From positions 10,416,001 to 10,480,000 of the forward strand of contig OZ038378.1 of assembly GCA_964036045.1 (NCBI GenBank): a DNA stretch of 64,000 nucleotides. The letters run 5' to 3'. The DNA comes from Eutreptiella sp. 'Long Island Sound 2002'. Its lineage: Eukaryota > Protista > Euglenida. The position numbers and the translations under genes were made by a program. Below the pieces are notes generated by a model. It was not told the DNA's origin. It worked only from the letters and a program-made list of their open reading frames with translations, and did not search any database. Within the stretch, counting starts at the first letter, position 1; every line of letters starts with the position of its first letter. This document shows, piece by piece, positions 45,200-57,405 of the stretch.

Positions 45200-48100
45200 T
45201 ACCCTTTTGTTTTGGTGTCTTTTTGGATACTGTCCATTGGACTGAGACACGGTAATGACCGTGCACCTGCACATCGAACATGTAGCCTGAGGTCATAAAG
45301 GCACTTCCCTCGACCGACCCTCACCTCACAGAGAGGCAAATTAAGGTGTTCCTGGGTCAGTATATGCCCGTCGCTGGTGGGGTCCCCAAAATACGCCTCC
45401 CCAAAACCGGTACCGAAAACGAGCCGTGGAAAAGCCACTCCCTTGTCAATGTGTATGTCGATTCCGCAGATATACTGAGGTCGGCGAAGGAGATTCTGTT
45501 TCATCACAACATGCAAAGCACAAGACGACGTGACTCGCCAGCACCCAACTGCTGGCCAACTCAGCCATCTCCTCAACAACGAATGCATTGCATTGGCATA
45601 CACAGGAATCCCTACAATTCATAGTGAAACAGCCCTTTCAGCACAAAAAGCACTTTTTAGTGTCCAGCAAAAGGTGCCCGAGGGTGAAGAAAGACGGCTC
45701 AAGCCCCTCTCATACATTGGTGCTCACAGAGCACCATCACATGTGCAAGCACTGTTACGAGACGAGATGATAAAAATGCAGCTGCTCAAGAGCTGTGTGA
45801 AACGACAAGAAATATGGAGGGCGGCCTGTTGCCTCTGGTGGTCTCCTTGAAACTGCCCTACTTTCGGCATTGTGCATGTGCCTTCACTGCGAAGACTTGC
45901 ACTCTTTTTTCAGCTATCTTTGAACAATGTTTGCAACAAACTTCACAACCACATAGGTCCTGCAGGTCTTGAGGGGTCCCTGAGTGGGAATGTGCCCCGG
46001 GGGGGGGGGGGGTGATGTTGGGCGTTGCACGCTGTACAGTGTATTGGCGCAAGAGGTTTATGAAACAACAAAAATGGAGGTGTGAAACGAGGATTGAACA
46101 GATGTCTGTCGGGGCCTGTGAGCAACGGAACCTCTACTGAAATGCTGACAATCAGCCAAAAAAAAATTTAAACACTTTAATTTACCTTTTTAATTTTTTT
46201 TTATAAACTGTCTGGTGCCATCGAGCATTGTTCGACTACCGCTACTGAAATTCTGGCCATCAACCAAAAGAATGTTGTTGAATACTGTTATGGAGGTGGC
46301 GCCCCCTGAAAAGACGTGAATGTTGCAATGCACTCAGTAATTTGGCTGAAACTTACATCTTCATGCTTGCATTGTGCGGCTCCAAACTACAATTTCACGA
46401 ATTTTGACGTAGCTCCCATGTTGCAGTGCAGGGTCACTACCGTGATCATCACCTGCGTTGCTTGCATGCGCCATCCACCCTCTCCCCCTTAAACTAACCT
46501 AAATTGGCACGGTGCTGGGCGAATCATCGCACGCACAAGCCCCGCCTGCCCTCCCATCTGGTACTTGGGCGCTGGCAATACCCACAACGAAAGGCAAACA
46601 CGGAAGCAGTTCCGGCCACTCCGAAGCCAGGCCCAGCAGCCGAAGTCGCCTGCCTCCAAGGCCACACCCGGGGGTTGCATGGGCGGGTGGGGACAGCAGG
46701 TGGCCAGAGGGGGTGGGGATGTGTCATAGTGGCAGAGAGGCGGCGCACCAGGGCTCCACCGGGCAGCACAGTGGCATGTGAATGGCAGGGGCCCCCTCCA
46801 TCCGCGGTGTCGGCCGCACTTGGTTCCCCCGCCATGATCTCAGATGAAGGGCCACCTCCAGCAAAACCTCCTTAGGAATAGGATGGTCCACCCGCCCGCA
46901 ACCCACCGTCCCCAATGTTGCAACAAAACCCTGGCGGCGGAAGCATGACACAGAGGTCTGTGGGTTGGATCGGAATTCTTCAAGCCTCCAGTTCCAACTG
47001 GACGCCTTCCAGTATCGCGATGCAGCAGGCGGGAACTCCAGTCATGCACAGTTTGCTGAAACTAGGTGCAGGATAATTTGCTACTGCGACCTGATATTGC
47101 ACCAGGCAACCTAAAAACCTGATCATCCGCAGGGCATGGCTGAGGCCTTAATGCCTGCTAGTGCTGTAGGGCCGCCTCTAGGGACACTAGAGGGACACTA
47201 ATCAGTCCCTTAGAGATGCTGTGGCACGTAGTACGCACCAGGCGGTGCGTAAGGTAACAACCAATCCAGAAAATGTCCCCATGATCCATACCCATTTGCG
47301 GAGTGCTCAAAGGTGCTGACACGTGCTGCATGGTGCATAACCCACAGAAGGCACGGTCATTATTCTCAACCCTGCCAAACCCTGGACCCCGGACCCTGCC
47401 AGAGTGCTGCAAGGGCTAGGCTACGCTAACCACCGTTTCATTCCTGCAATCGTTCTCTGTTGCAGGCCTGGGTAGAGCAACACTCTAGCTCAGTTATGCA
47501 CAGATCGCCAACCGTGCAAACGGACTCAGTCTGGCAGAGGAGTTTCAGCCACAAAGGCAACTGTATGGGTACCATGTGCATCGTCGCACTCGGTGGGGGT
47601 TGCCATGTACCCTTTTGTCTTGGTGGTGGTGGGTGTGGGGGAGGGCGCAGACCAAGGTGAGGTGGCATAGCCTGCTCACTGCATGGTACTGGAGATTTCC
47701 CTCAGGATCAAGGTGAACAGCTGTACAGTTCTACAATGATCCTACAAAGGAGTTTGGTGGCGAATCCGACACATGGTGAAGATGAGCGGACTCTGATGCC
47801 AGATGATGCAGTGGGAAAATGCCACCCCCGTGTAGGCTTCCCAGCCTGTACATGATGCACAAAAGTGGAGGTTGCGTTTTTGTCAACGGATGATGATCTC
47901 TGCTTTTCTCGTTTTTTTTCTGCTGCTCTGCAAGGGTGTATGCCTGCGTTACACCGTGCTATATATGATCCTGGAACTGATGGTGCATGGACCCAGGTTT
48001 GCACAGTACAGAAGACCCACCTTCCCGCCCTGTCTGGGGTTGTTTACTGGACCAAAACACCGCACCTCAGAGCTTTGTGGGGGAAAAGCAGCAGGAGAGG

Positions 48101-51100
48101 GAGCACCCACCTCAACACCCCCACCAGGGTGTGCATCATGCGTCATGCACGTTGGCTCGTGGAGGAAGGCCGGGCCCAGAGTTTCGTATGTGCTGTGCTA
48201 TTGTTTTCTGTAGCCTCTTTGCACAACTGCGGTAAGATAGCGGACATCGGCTGCGCAACGCTGTTTCGCTGCCTCCCAGCACACCCACTGTGGCATGCGA
48301 TGGTACTGCTTTGCTCCACCATATGAGGCATGAGCACTGTGTAGCGCTCTTTGGTGAGTACTTCCTGGAATTGCTTTTGTTGCACGTCTGGATGGGCAGA
48401 GCACAGGTGCACTTTGCTCGCAAATGCTCTTTCCAGGGGCGTGGGGCTTGGGGGAAGAGATCATAAAAATGCAGCTGCTGGGGGAATGTTTGCCCGGCGC
48501 GCGCCTGGCGCGCTACTTTTCTACTAAACATCCCGACTTCAGCCCCAGATTTACCCTCTCATGGAGCAGCCCCCCAAGTAGACCACGTTGCACTGCACAC
48601 CTTTCCTACATTTTTTCAGGCGGTTTTGGCTCTCCATACAACTGATACACACATGGGGGCAGTAGGCTGCGGCCGCATGCCCTGGGCAGGAGGGTTGCAG
48701 TGAGCCTCTGCTGACGGGCGGCCCTACACAGCGCCAGCAGACAACAGCCACAGTACCGGGCGGCACAAGTCACTCCCCATAACACAAGGCGTTGGTGCAA
48801 GTCCAAGCGCAGGCATGCAGACGAAGAAGGAAAGATACAGGAAATCAGTTAAGATGAAGTGGAAGTACGTAAATGGGCTGACGATGGAGGTGGTGCCCAT
48901 GAGAATCGGTCCGGAGAACTGCCGGACGGACCCTTCGGGCGGTGGGAGGTGTGTACAAATTCCGTGGCGGTGGCGAAGCATGGAATACAGCAGGCGGTAC
49001 CTGGTAATGACTGTTGGGGGTCGAAGCCGGGGTGTCACATCTATCGTGGCCACATGGCGTTTGGCAAGAACACGCGGAACTGGCGGTTGGACCATATTGA
49101 CTCTGGGGGCTCGCCATGCCTCCGATGAACTAGAACCGGGTGAGAGCCCTCGGTGGGGCATATGCAGGACAGCACCGTCCCGGGCGGATGGGACGCTGCG
49201 GGGGATAAAGGGCGAGGTTTCGGAAAGCGCCCAGGCAACTTCGACAGGACGCGCACGGCTGCGAAAAATGAAGCGGATGCCCAGGCTCAGAACGCCGGCT
49301 TTGTGTGTGGAGCTGAGGCACAGAACGCCCCTAACTGCTGTCATCTGACCGCCTGAAAAGCTGCGCGCACGTGTCATGTACGTGTCCGAGCCCATAGACT
49401 CAGGACCGCGCTGAAGAGGGTGACGGCGCGACGGGGGCTGGACCCACAGAAACGGCTGACACCAACGCCCTCCGAAAGTGCTCATCGCGGATCCACCCAC
49501 GGCACATGGCAACACGCCACAAACTGTACAGCCCAGACCCAAGACCCGGCGTTGGGCTCCGGAATCCACAACAAACGCATACGAGCCATACATCTGCTGT
49601 GCCTTGAAGACTAGGGAAGAGGGGGCGCAAGTGTATGAGGACAGCGGACCTTCCGCTACATGCCCCCTGTTTAGCACCGCCCCCCCACAAACGGCGCCGG
49701 CAGACCCACCGCACTCAGTGAGGGTTGTGTGGATCGGGGACAATCGGTGAGGGGGGGACCCCAGGGTCTGGGCGACGGCGTGGGTGCGCCTGCCCGCAGG
49801 CTTGAGACATGAGGCGCTGCAAAAGGCAGTGCACCATGAGCCACCCATGCCCAGTCCTCAGAGTCGTCTGAAGCAGGAGTCTGAGGAGGGAGGAGGGAGC
49901 AGACTGAGGAGGCTCTGGGGGTCGTTAAGATCGGGGACAACAGGAGTGTCTCGGGCGCTGCTGCGGTCCTGTGCGACCGGCTGCTTGCCGGTGTAGAAGA
50001 TGACCTTCAGGCGCCGCCGGCCCTGCGCCCGCTCCCGCACGGGCGGCAGCAGAGGGGGCCGCGGTTCAGGTACGGTGCGGTCACGTGCAGCGGGGGGCTC
50101 ACTGCCCGACTCGGGCCGTGGGCCACTCGTCGACGGGAAGGGCCTTGCAGAGCCGGGGGTGTTCAGGGGCCGCATTTTGTGGGTGGTCAAGGGCGTGGAG
50201 GTGGGGTAGTTGCGGGGCTCTGGACTGGGGGTGGGGGCGCCGCAGGGGCTGCGGGGGCTGCGGGGGCTGCGGGGGCTGAGGGGTGGGGCGGCCAAGCGGT
50301 TCTTGTGGGGCGGGGCTGTTTGCAGGGCTGAGATGCAGCCGGTGGTCCACGACGTCGGGCTGTAGGACGTGCGTGCGGAGAAGAGTTCGCCCAACGAGGG
50401 GCTGCGCTGCAGACAGACCACGGACTCTCTGCCCCAGATCGAGGAATAGGGGGCGTTGGGGTCGGAGATACAGGGCCCTGGGAGGTCCTGAGAAGCATGT
50501 ACGGAGGGCTGGGGGGGCTGGGTGCAATGCAGAGGAGGAGTCTGCAAGTGTACGCGCACTGTGTCACGAGCTCCGGCATGTCATAGCCACGATTCCACCT
50601 TTCTGTGGGTCTTGGGGGGGGGGAGGTAGAGGGCGGGTCTTCTCAGTTCCATGGCATGTGATTCATATTCGTGGAATTTCTGGGGCTTTGGGGGCTTTCT
50701 CAAATTTGGCATGTTGGCGCGTTGGTCTAAGCGAAGAGACTCAACACCAGTTCTCTCGAGCGAAATCTGGCACTCACCACCAGGGTCTGCTCAACCCTAT
50801 CAGGAGGACCCAGGCAGGTCAACTCAACTGATCACAGCGGTGCCCGGCTCCCGGCAACCATGGGCGGTAACCATCCCCTACACCGCCGCGGGCTTTTGCG
50901 TGAGTCCCTGTGCTCGACCAAGCCTGGCAGCGCAGCACAGCAAGGTAGGGGAACATAGAGACCGGAGCGGGGCGGCCAACCCAAAGACGGCTAGGCCAGG
51001 GAGCTGTTTCCCAATGGTTGTTTTGGGAAGAGAAGAGCTTTTCGCATGGACCATCCTCCATAGCCGCTGGGCACCACGCCCAACGCCGCAGCCATGTCTA

Positions 51101-52580
51101 GTCCTGCCACTACCTTGGTGGGAGTACATTGGCTGCTGTTGATACAGCGGCGCTTTTTGTCCCTCCGTGTGCACAGAGGCCCACATCGCGCATGGGTGAT
51201 CCCCCTGTGTGACATATAGTCCATTTGTGGTTTCTTTACGGGGCCTGCACAATCGCCGGTGTATTCCTCACAGCATGATGCGGTGTCGATCTTCTCTTGA
51301 AGGTCCCCCATTCTCTTGAAGGTCCCCCAAGCTGCTGTCTTGAACCCGCCATTTATGTTTTCCCATGGCGGCGGGTTGTGGTGGTCAGGACATTAAGGAT
51401 CCATACGGCAGTGACCTTCGCTCAGCCCCGAGACCGTGGTGCCACGCCAACCCTAGCCTGGGTGGAGCTCCCCTGCCGGGACGTCTAAAAGCACAAAACA
51501 CCAAACCTACCACACGCTGTGCAGCCGCCGCAGCACATCATGTGCCAAGTCCAAAACCCTCCCCTCACTGTCAACTGCCCGAACCTCGCACAACCCTCCC
51601 ACGTGACGCCCACTGTGTGGGTCGAATCCGCCGTCCTGACAACTACACTCCTCCCCTCAAAAATTATCACACGCCTATCGGGCGCACCATATCCTTCCTC
51701 CGGGGCCCACTGATTCTCTCCCCTGAGCCCAAAATACCCCAAACCCCACCATGACGCTATGAGATCCACCAGCCGCGCCCCCCCTGCCCCCTGGTGCAAC
51801 TGCGGCACCCTCCGCGCTGCCATGCCCCTTCCTGGATAGCGCCATCTCAGCACCTCTCTAAGCGCCGGTATGGCAATTGCCAACCCCGCCGATGCAGTGC
51901 CAAATGGTAGCAATAGGCCGATCAGCGCCCGCACCGACAAAGAACTTGAAGGCCCCCATAAAAATGTTCGGCAACGCCAGTGTGCCGGGGCATGCAGAAG
52001 CGTGTGGAGGCCACGCTGCCCAAAGTGCAGGGCCCACGCACGCGCACCGAAAGCGCACGTGTCCAAGAGCAAACCCCGGGTACCAAGTGCATGCGCACCT
52101 CCAAGTGAGCGCGCAACAAGCTAGTGGCCCCACTCGTCCTGCCACTCCCTACACGGCGCCACAAGGGCAGCACATAGTATGTGAGCAACGATACCTGTCA
52201 TGTCCTGACATCCTAACACAATATGTGTCATGCGAACAACAGGGCGCTGAAGGGCAAGGCGAACACATGAAAACATACCGCATACAACACATAACATGTG
52301 ACATAGTAATAATTCCATGTACCCTACCCCAGAGGCAGGATGGAAACCGACACGCAACACTCAAAGTCTGAGAAACAGACCAACACCTACTGGCGACACC
52401 AAAGCTGTACCTGGACATGCCCCTACAAATGTTGATTAAGGGCACACCTTGCGTCCACACTTGCTGGACAAGAACCCGCAGCCCCACATCGCTCAGTGCA
52501 AGCGCAACTCCGCGTCCAACTACACCCGCCTAAAATCCCCTTGGAAGACCGAGTCAATGCGGCTAACCACATGTCAAGGT

Positions 52581-53155
52581 TTATGTTCCCCAGGAACCCG
52601 GCCAACACAGGAAAATGGTGGGCGCATGGTGCATGTAGCCATAACAAAGGCGCTGCTTTACGACACTCAATACCTCCACCGACTTGGCCTTCTCCGGCAG
52701 GATGATCGATTCCTCTTGTAGGCCGGCTAACTTCCAATTTGCCACACACTCCATGATGTTTCCATCCACACTATGACCCTCGAGTACTACCTTGAAGAAA
52801 AGGACAAGTTTGCACACCCATTGCGATTTGTGACCACCTCCATCAATGCAGCCACCTCTTTGAACGAAAGCAGCAGTATCCTACGACCCGTCCTGGAAGT
52901 GTCTCGGTGAATGGTCACTTCCTGGAAGAGGTACTCCAAGTTCTCCGGCTTCATCAACACCGCCGCGATGCCCTGACTAGAAGTCGCATCGTCAGCCAAA
53001 GACGAATGCGAAAAAGCACCCGAGGATACGTCGAACCGAAAGTCCTCCAATAGGCAATACGAAGCTGTGTACTCCACCAGCTCTGTAGCCGTGACATCCA
53101 AATTGTATGCTTTGATAGCCTCAGTTATGAGTGGCTTGTCGGCCACCTCATACAT
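52581..53155 (-). pseudogene. Protein-like, frameshifted ORF of unknown family
   Basis: MYEVADKPLITEAIKAYNLDVTATELVEY...KEVAALMEVVTNRNGCANL continues in an overlapping frame as FFKVVLEGHSVDGNIMECVANWKLAGLQEESIILPEKAKSVEVLSVVKQRL. Globular-type composition; no motif recognised. Confidence 0.35.
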
Positions 53156-56100
53156 GGTAGTTCAAATTTCCATTCACAAGCACATGAAATCCCGAACGGG
53201 GGGCGGGGGCAACCAAACTTCAATGAGGGCCTAGGCCGGAACGCGTGTGCTTCTTGAAGGACAACAACTTGCGCTTCCCCTTTTGCCGCGTTTTAAGTGG
53301 AGGAGCAAGTGACGGCCTTGACCATGGAGGTGGGCACCCCTCAGTGAGACTAGTGAGTGGGGTGTGTCCGCTTGTTTTGTGTGGTGACGACAGTTTTGGA
53401 GGATTGGTGTGCCCACGGGATTCCGGTGCAGGGTTTCTCGTATGACCAATGTGGTTGCCTGCAGTTGCATTAAGATGCTTCGCACTTAGCTTCCCCTTCA
53501 CACTTGGCTTCCCCTTGGTACTTTGTGATACTGCTACAACCCCTCCTCCAACAGCTCAAAGACTAGCGCCACGAGAATCCTCTCCACGCGCGGCCCTCGC
53601 ACAATGCATGGCCTCGTGTTCGAAATCCGCCAATTCATTCGGTGACGTAAACTCGGGATGCATCCCCCCAACCCCACGGATTCGCACTGTTGTGCGAGAC
53701 CCCTCCTCCATTAAACTAGTGCCCCTCCGCCACATGCGGCCTCTTGCCTTGACCCATCACCCCATCATCCCACACCCCGACACGCTCGAGCCTGCGAGAG
53801 GTTGTCCTCGCACGCACACGTCAACCACCGACAGCCACGTGCGCTCGCAGCCATATGCCACCGGTTGGGGCCGGGGGAGGGGCGTGGGCTGGGGTTCCCC
53901 AAATTTGGTCAACGTTTACACCCTCACAAAATGCCCCCGAAGGAGAGCAAATCCTCAGGTACAAGACTTGAGGAAACATCCCTTCGCCTTGCCCTATCCG
54001 GTCCTTCCCAATGTACAGATGCAAAAGATGGCCCTTGGGTGCAACCACCACCTTGGCTCCTGGCTGAATTGTCAATTTCGCCCCACCCTTGTCCAAATAG
54101 CATACGGAAATTCTAGCTCTTCCGGCCTAGCCAGAAGGTGATCTACAGCTCCTTGGTTGGGCAAAAAGGGTAAATCTCCGCGCTGCCCGCCCGCTGCGTC
54201 ATGTGCTCCCCCTAGAAGCGAAGCAACACCCCCGGAAAGGAGAACCAACATTCACCGCAGTTAGGGGTCCAACCAATCCCCCCCAACCCACCCAGGTAGG
54301 GACCCCCCAATGCGATTGAGTTGTCAGGTGTGATGCCCTTGATGTCACCCAAACTACCGACCCATTCCGCCGCTTCACACACACCTCTTCCCATGGCACC
54401 ATAGGCCTGGGCCATTGGGGCCTGTCCCTCTGGGTCCTTCCCTCCTAACTTCCCCTTCAACTCTCCTCCCGTGAATGGACGCAGAGCCCTCTCCGCTATG
54501 ACACCACCAGAGCAGGCCTCCACCACCGGTAGCTCCGCTGCGGGTCCATCTACGCGGATGCCGCCCATAGCCCCCGAAGTGACGGGCTGCATAATGTCTG
54601 AACCGGACAAATTGTTGCTGACAACGACGGAAAACCCCAGGTCAGCAGAGCGCGGCTCAACCGGACCAAGCTCTGGGGCCCCGCGATCTTCAAGATTTGT
54701 TAGGTTGGCCGCCAATACGATAACATGCAAAGGATTCATAGGTGCCACGCCCATACATAAAATCCCTACATGGACATCATGTGCGCATAAACACCAGTGC
54801 GTGCATACACATATACACAAACTCCGTATAAAGACATGGTGTTAGTATACGTGCATAGGTATACGTAGGGGGCCGGCACGGGGGCCGATCCTGGTCAGGA
54901 CCCGACCCCAAAGGGGGGGGGGGGGGGGGCTCTACAGACCCCAAAATGGTGGAACAGACCGAATGGGTTTTGTGGGCGCCGGAGATTTTGTTTTAGGCAT
55001 ACGCCAGGGGGATATTTTTTTGTTCGACCCGATGTGTCTGTACTCAGAATTTTGTGGAGAATTCAAAAGTGGCTGAAAAGCACAAAAAAAGATTTTCACC
55101 CTGACCCGGCCTCTGGGTCGGACCTTGGCTGATGGGAGCCTGAATTGATGGGCAACATTTTTTGAAATTTTGTTCACCCCACTTGTGCATATTCAAAATG
55201 ATCAGTGTGTCATGGGGATCATTTTGAGGTATGTATGTTGGGGTACCCACCGACCCCCCCCGGGGGGTCCGGCGGCTGACCGCCCGACCCGCCGACCCCC
55301 AAGGTTTGGGTCAACCAAGGGGGGGGGGGGGGTCCCCCCCCCCCTACAGCCCCCAAAACTGTCACACACCCCTCGGGGTCACACATTGGCTGGCGGCGGC
55401 CCCCGTGGAGGCCGGTAGAAATAAAATTCCAGGTACCACCGTGGCATTTGTTTTTACTGGGTACCCCCGGAGGGGTGGGGGGGGGGTACAAAAATATGTG
55501 CGAAAAATTTCAATTTCAATTTTCGGGTCCAAAAATCTCAGAACTTTTGAAATCTACCCCACCCCTTTGAATTTGGAAGGTACAAATAGGATACTTTCCA
55601 AGGTCTCCATTGATATTTTAGCCGATATGGGTGGTATTTGTGTTCAAGGGCACCTTGCCAGTGGCGCCCCACCCAGGCTGAACCATGCCTTTTTTCAGGA
55701 TGCCGCTCTCTGTGGCTGCACAATGCCTTTTTTCAGGATGCCGCTCTCTGTGGCTGCATAACCCCTGCCCTCTTGGAGACCCAAAAGTAGGTGGAATTGT
55801 GATGTACGCACTCATGGGATGGCAGCCCCATGCCCATATGCGCTGGAGCCGCAATGGCCAAACCACGGCACACAGGGCGTGCATAGGGCAAGTAGCCCCT
55901 CTTTCTTGACTTCAATGGCACACCCTCCGCTGTGGTGCCAGATCCCTCTGGGAGGGCGGGTGGTGTACTACAACTGATTGCACATCTGGACCTCACACAA
56001 TTTAAAGCCGTGCGCACACTGTGTGTCCTAGGGTGTGACCCATGCCCCGCACCTGATGCTGCACCTCTTTGCTCAAACAGCACACACACCTGCCAACAAC

Positions 56101-56192
56101 AACTGTCTTGTACCAGTGGCACAAGACCACCCCGAAGCCTGATACAAATACGGAACAACCGACTCCACTCACCCCATCCCCTGTGTCCCAGA

Positions 56193-57405
56193 CAGAGGTT
56201 TGCTTATCCACTGGGGGGGGGAGGGGGGGGGGGCATTTTGGGGCTGCCTCAGGACTGGCCAACCCGCCCACCCACCCAAGCTGACCCACCCACCCGCCCA
56301 CCCAGAACCCCCCCCTACTCCCCCAGTAGGGGGGAGGGATATTTCATCCCGCATCGTATGTCCATTGCATACTGAAAATTCTATTGCCTTCGGCAGTGCA
56401 CCTCGAAGAGAGGTTGACAGTCAGCCAATCAGTCCCTGAGCCAGCAAGCAGGCAGTCAGACAGATACACACAGTTTGGGTTTTTTATCAGTGGCAGATGC
56501 GGCCCCAAGGACCAGGGAGACCATTCGATACAATGTTACAATCTAAGCAGTGGCCGAGCAGTAATGCAGCCGACCTGCACCCGTACGGCCGGTGGTACGA
56601 ACCCCTGTCTGCCCACTTTGATGCTGCCGCCGGCGGCGACGCTAAAAGCCAGCAGACCAAGATTCGAACTGACGCCTGCAAACACGGCGTCAGCTGCGTT
56701 GCCATTGGACCGCTGACCGTGGTACCAGTGCCGTGCGTCCCCACTGCTTGTAGCCTATTAAGCAAAACTTTTGACCCCCCCCCCCCACCCCCACCCCCAC
56801 CCCCCCCTCAAAAAAGTGATATCCAGTTTTAGGGGGTAGAGGCCTGAAAATCAAAAAATCCATTGGGGGATGGTCTTATTCGGCAAAATAATGATTTTAC
56901 AAGGGGTTGGACATCCAATATCATGCCTTGGGGTATGCTACGCGAATGACCCCAAAAAAGGGGGGTATATGACGCCCGCGCCTGCGCTTGATCTAACAAC
57001 CTCTCTTCGAGGTGATTTTGACAAAAGGTCAGGGACCTAAAGTTCAAAAAAGTAAGAACCATGATTTGAACCACCGCCTGCACGTTCACAGCGCAGAGTA
57101 TTAACCACTGGACCACCAGGCGTCACAGCAGCACACTGCTCATATGCTGCACACTGCTCAGATGTCTGGTCCATCCTGGCTACCCGGATAGTTTTGGGAG
57201 AGTCAAGCCCTACCCAGCCCCTACCCAGTTGCCCGCCCACCCACCCACCCACCCACCCACCCAGACCCCACCCCCCCCCCCCCCCCGGGGGGGGGGGAGT
57301 AGGCACGTTGGGCCAAATTGCCCAAAACCAAACTAACCCACCCACCCACAGGCCACGGACCCACCCACCCCCACTCCAGTGGCACCACCCTTAAGCAAAG
57401 GTCTG
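56193..57405. mobile_element. Non-autonomous hAT-like element (1213 bp) with 8-bp TSD
   Basis: TIR cagaggtttgctta / taagcaaaggtctg (2 mismatches); TSD gtcccaga at 56185-56192 and 57406-57413. The empty site is visible in the paralogue near 9020-9035. Confidence 0.85.
57052..57122 (-). pseudogene. Degenerate tRNA-His(GTG)-like sequence followed by T6
   Basis: Reverse complement TGGTCCAGTGGTTAATACTCTGCGCTGTGAACG...GGTTCAAATC resembles tRNA-His AGTGGTTAGTACTCTGCGTTGTGGCCG. TTTTTT follows at 57051-57046. Confidence 0.5.

Larger units (their letters stand above)
37311..48605. repeat. Near-identical tandem duplication, unit ~5.4-5.5 kb, about 2 copies
   Basis: Matching anchors and ORF translations at offsets 5476 (41001/46477), 5481 (38544/44025) and 5478 (39868/45346); small indels and substitutions distinguish the copies. 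Confidence 0.92.

Noticed and set aside
33592-48605. Many repeated 60-235-aa ORFs in the tandem array
   Set aside because: Recurrence reflects DNA duplication; there are no domain motifs and they overlap on both strands.
49250-52100. Possible additional YR/RT remnants (TWHMMCCGGCTAC, SSLVFKAQQ, LDMAAA)
   Set aside because: Resemblance is weak, motif spacing is inconsistent and catalytic residues are absent; it needs an HMM search.
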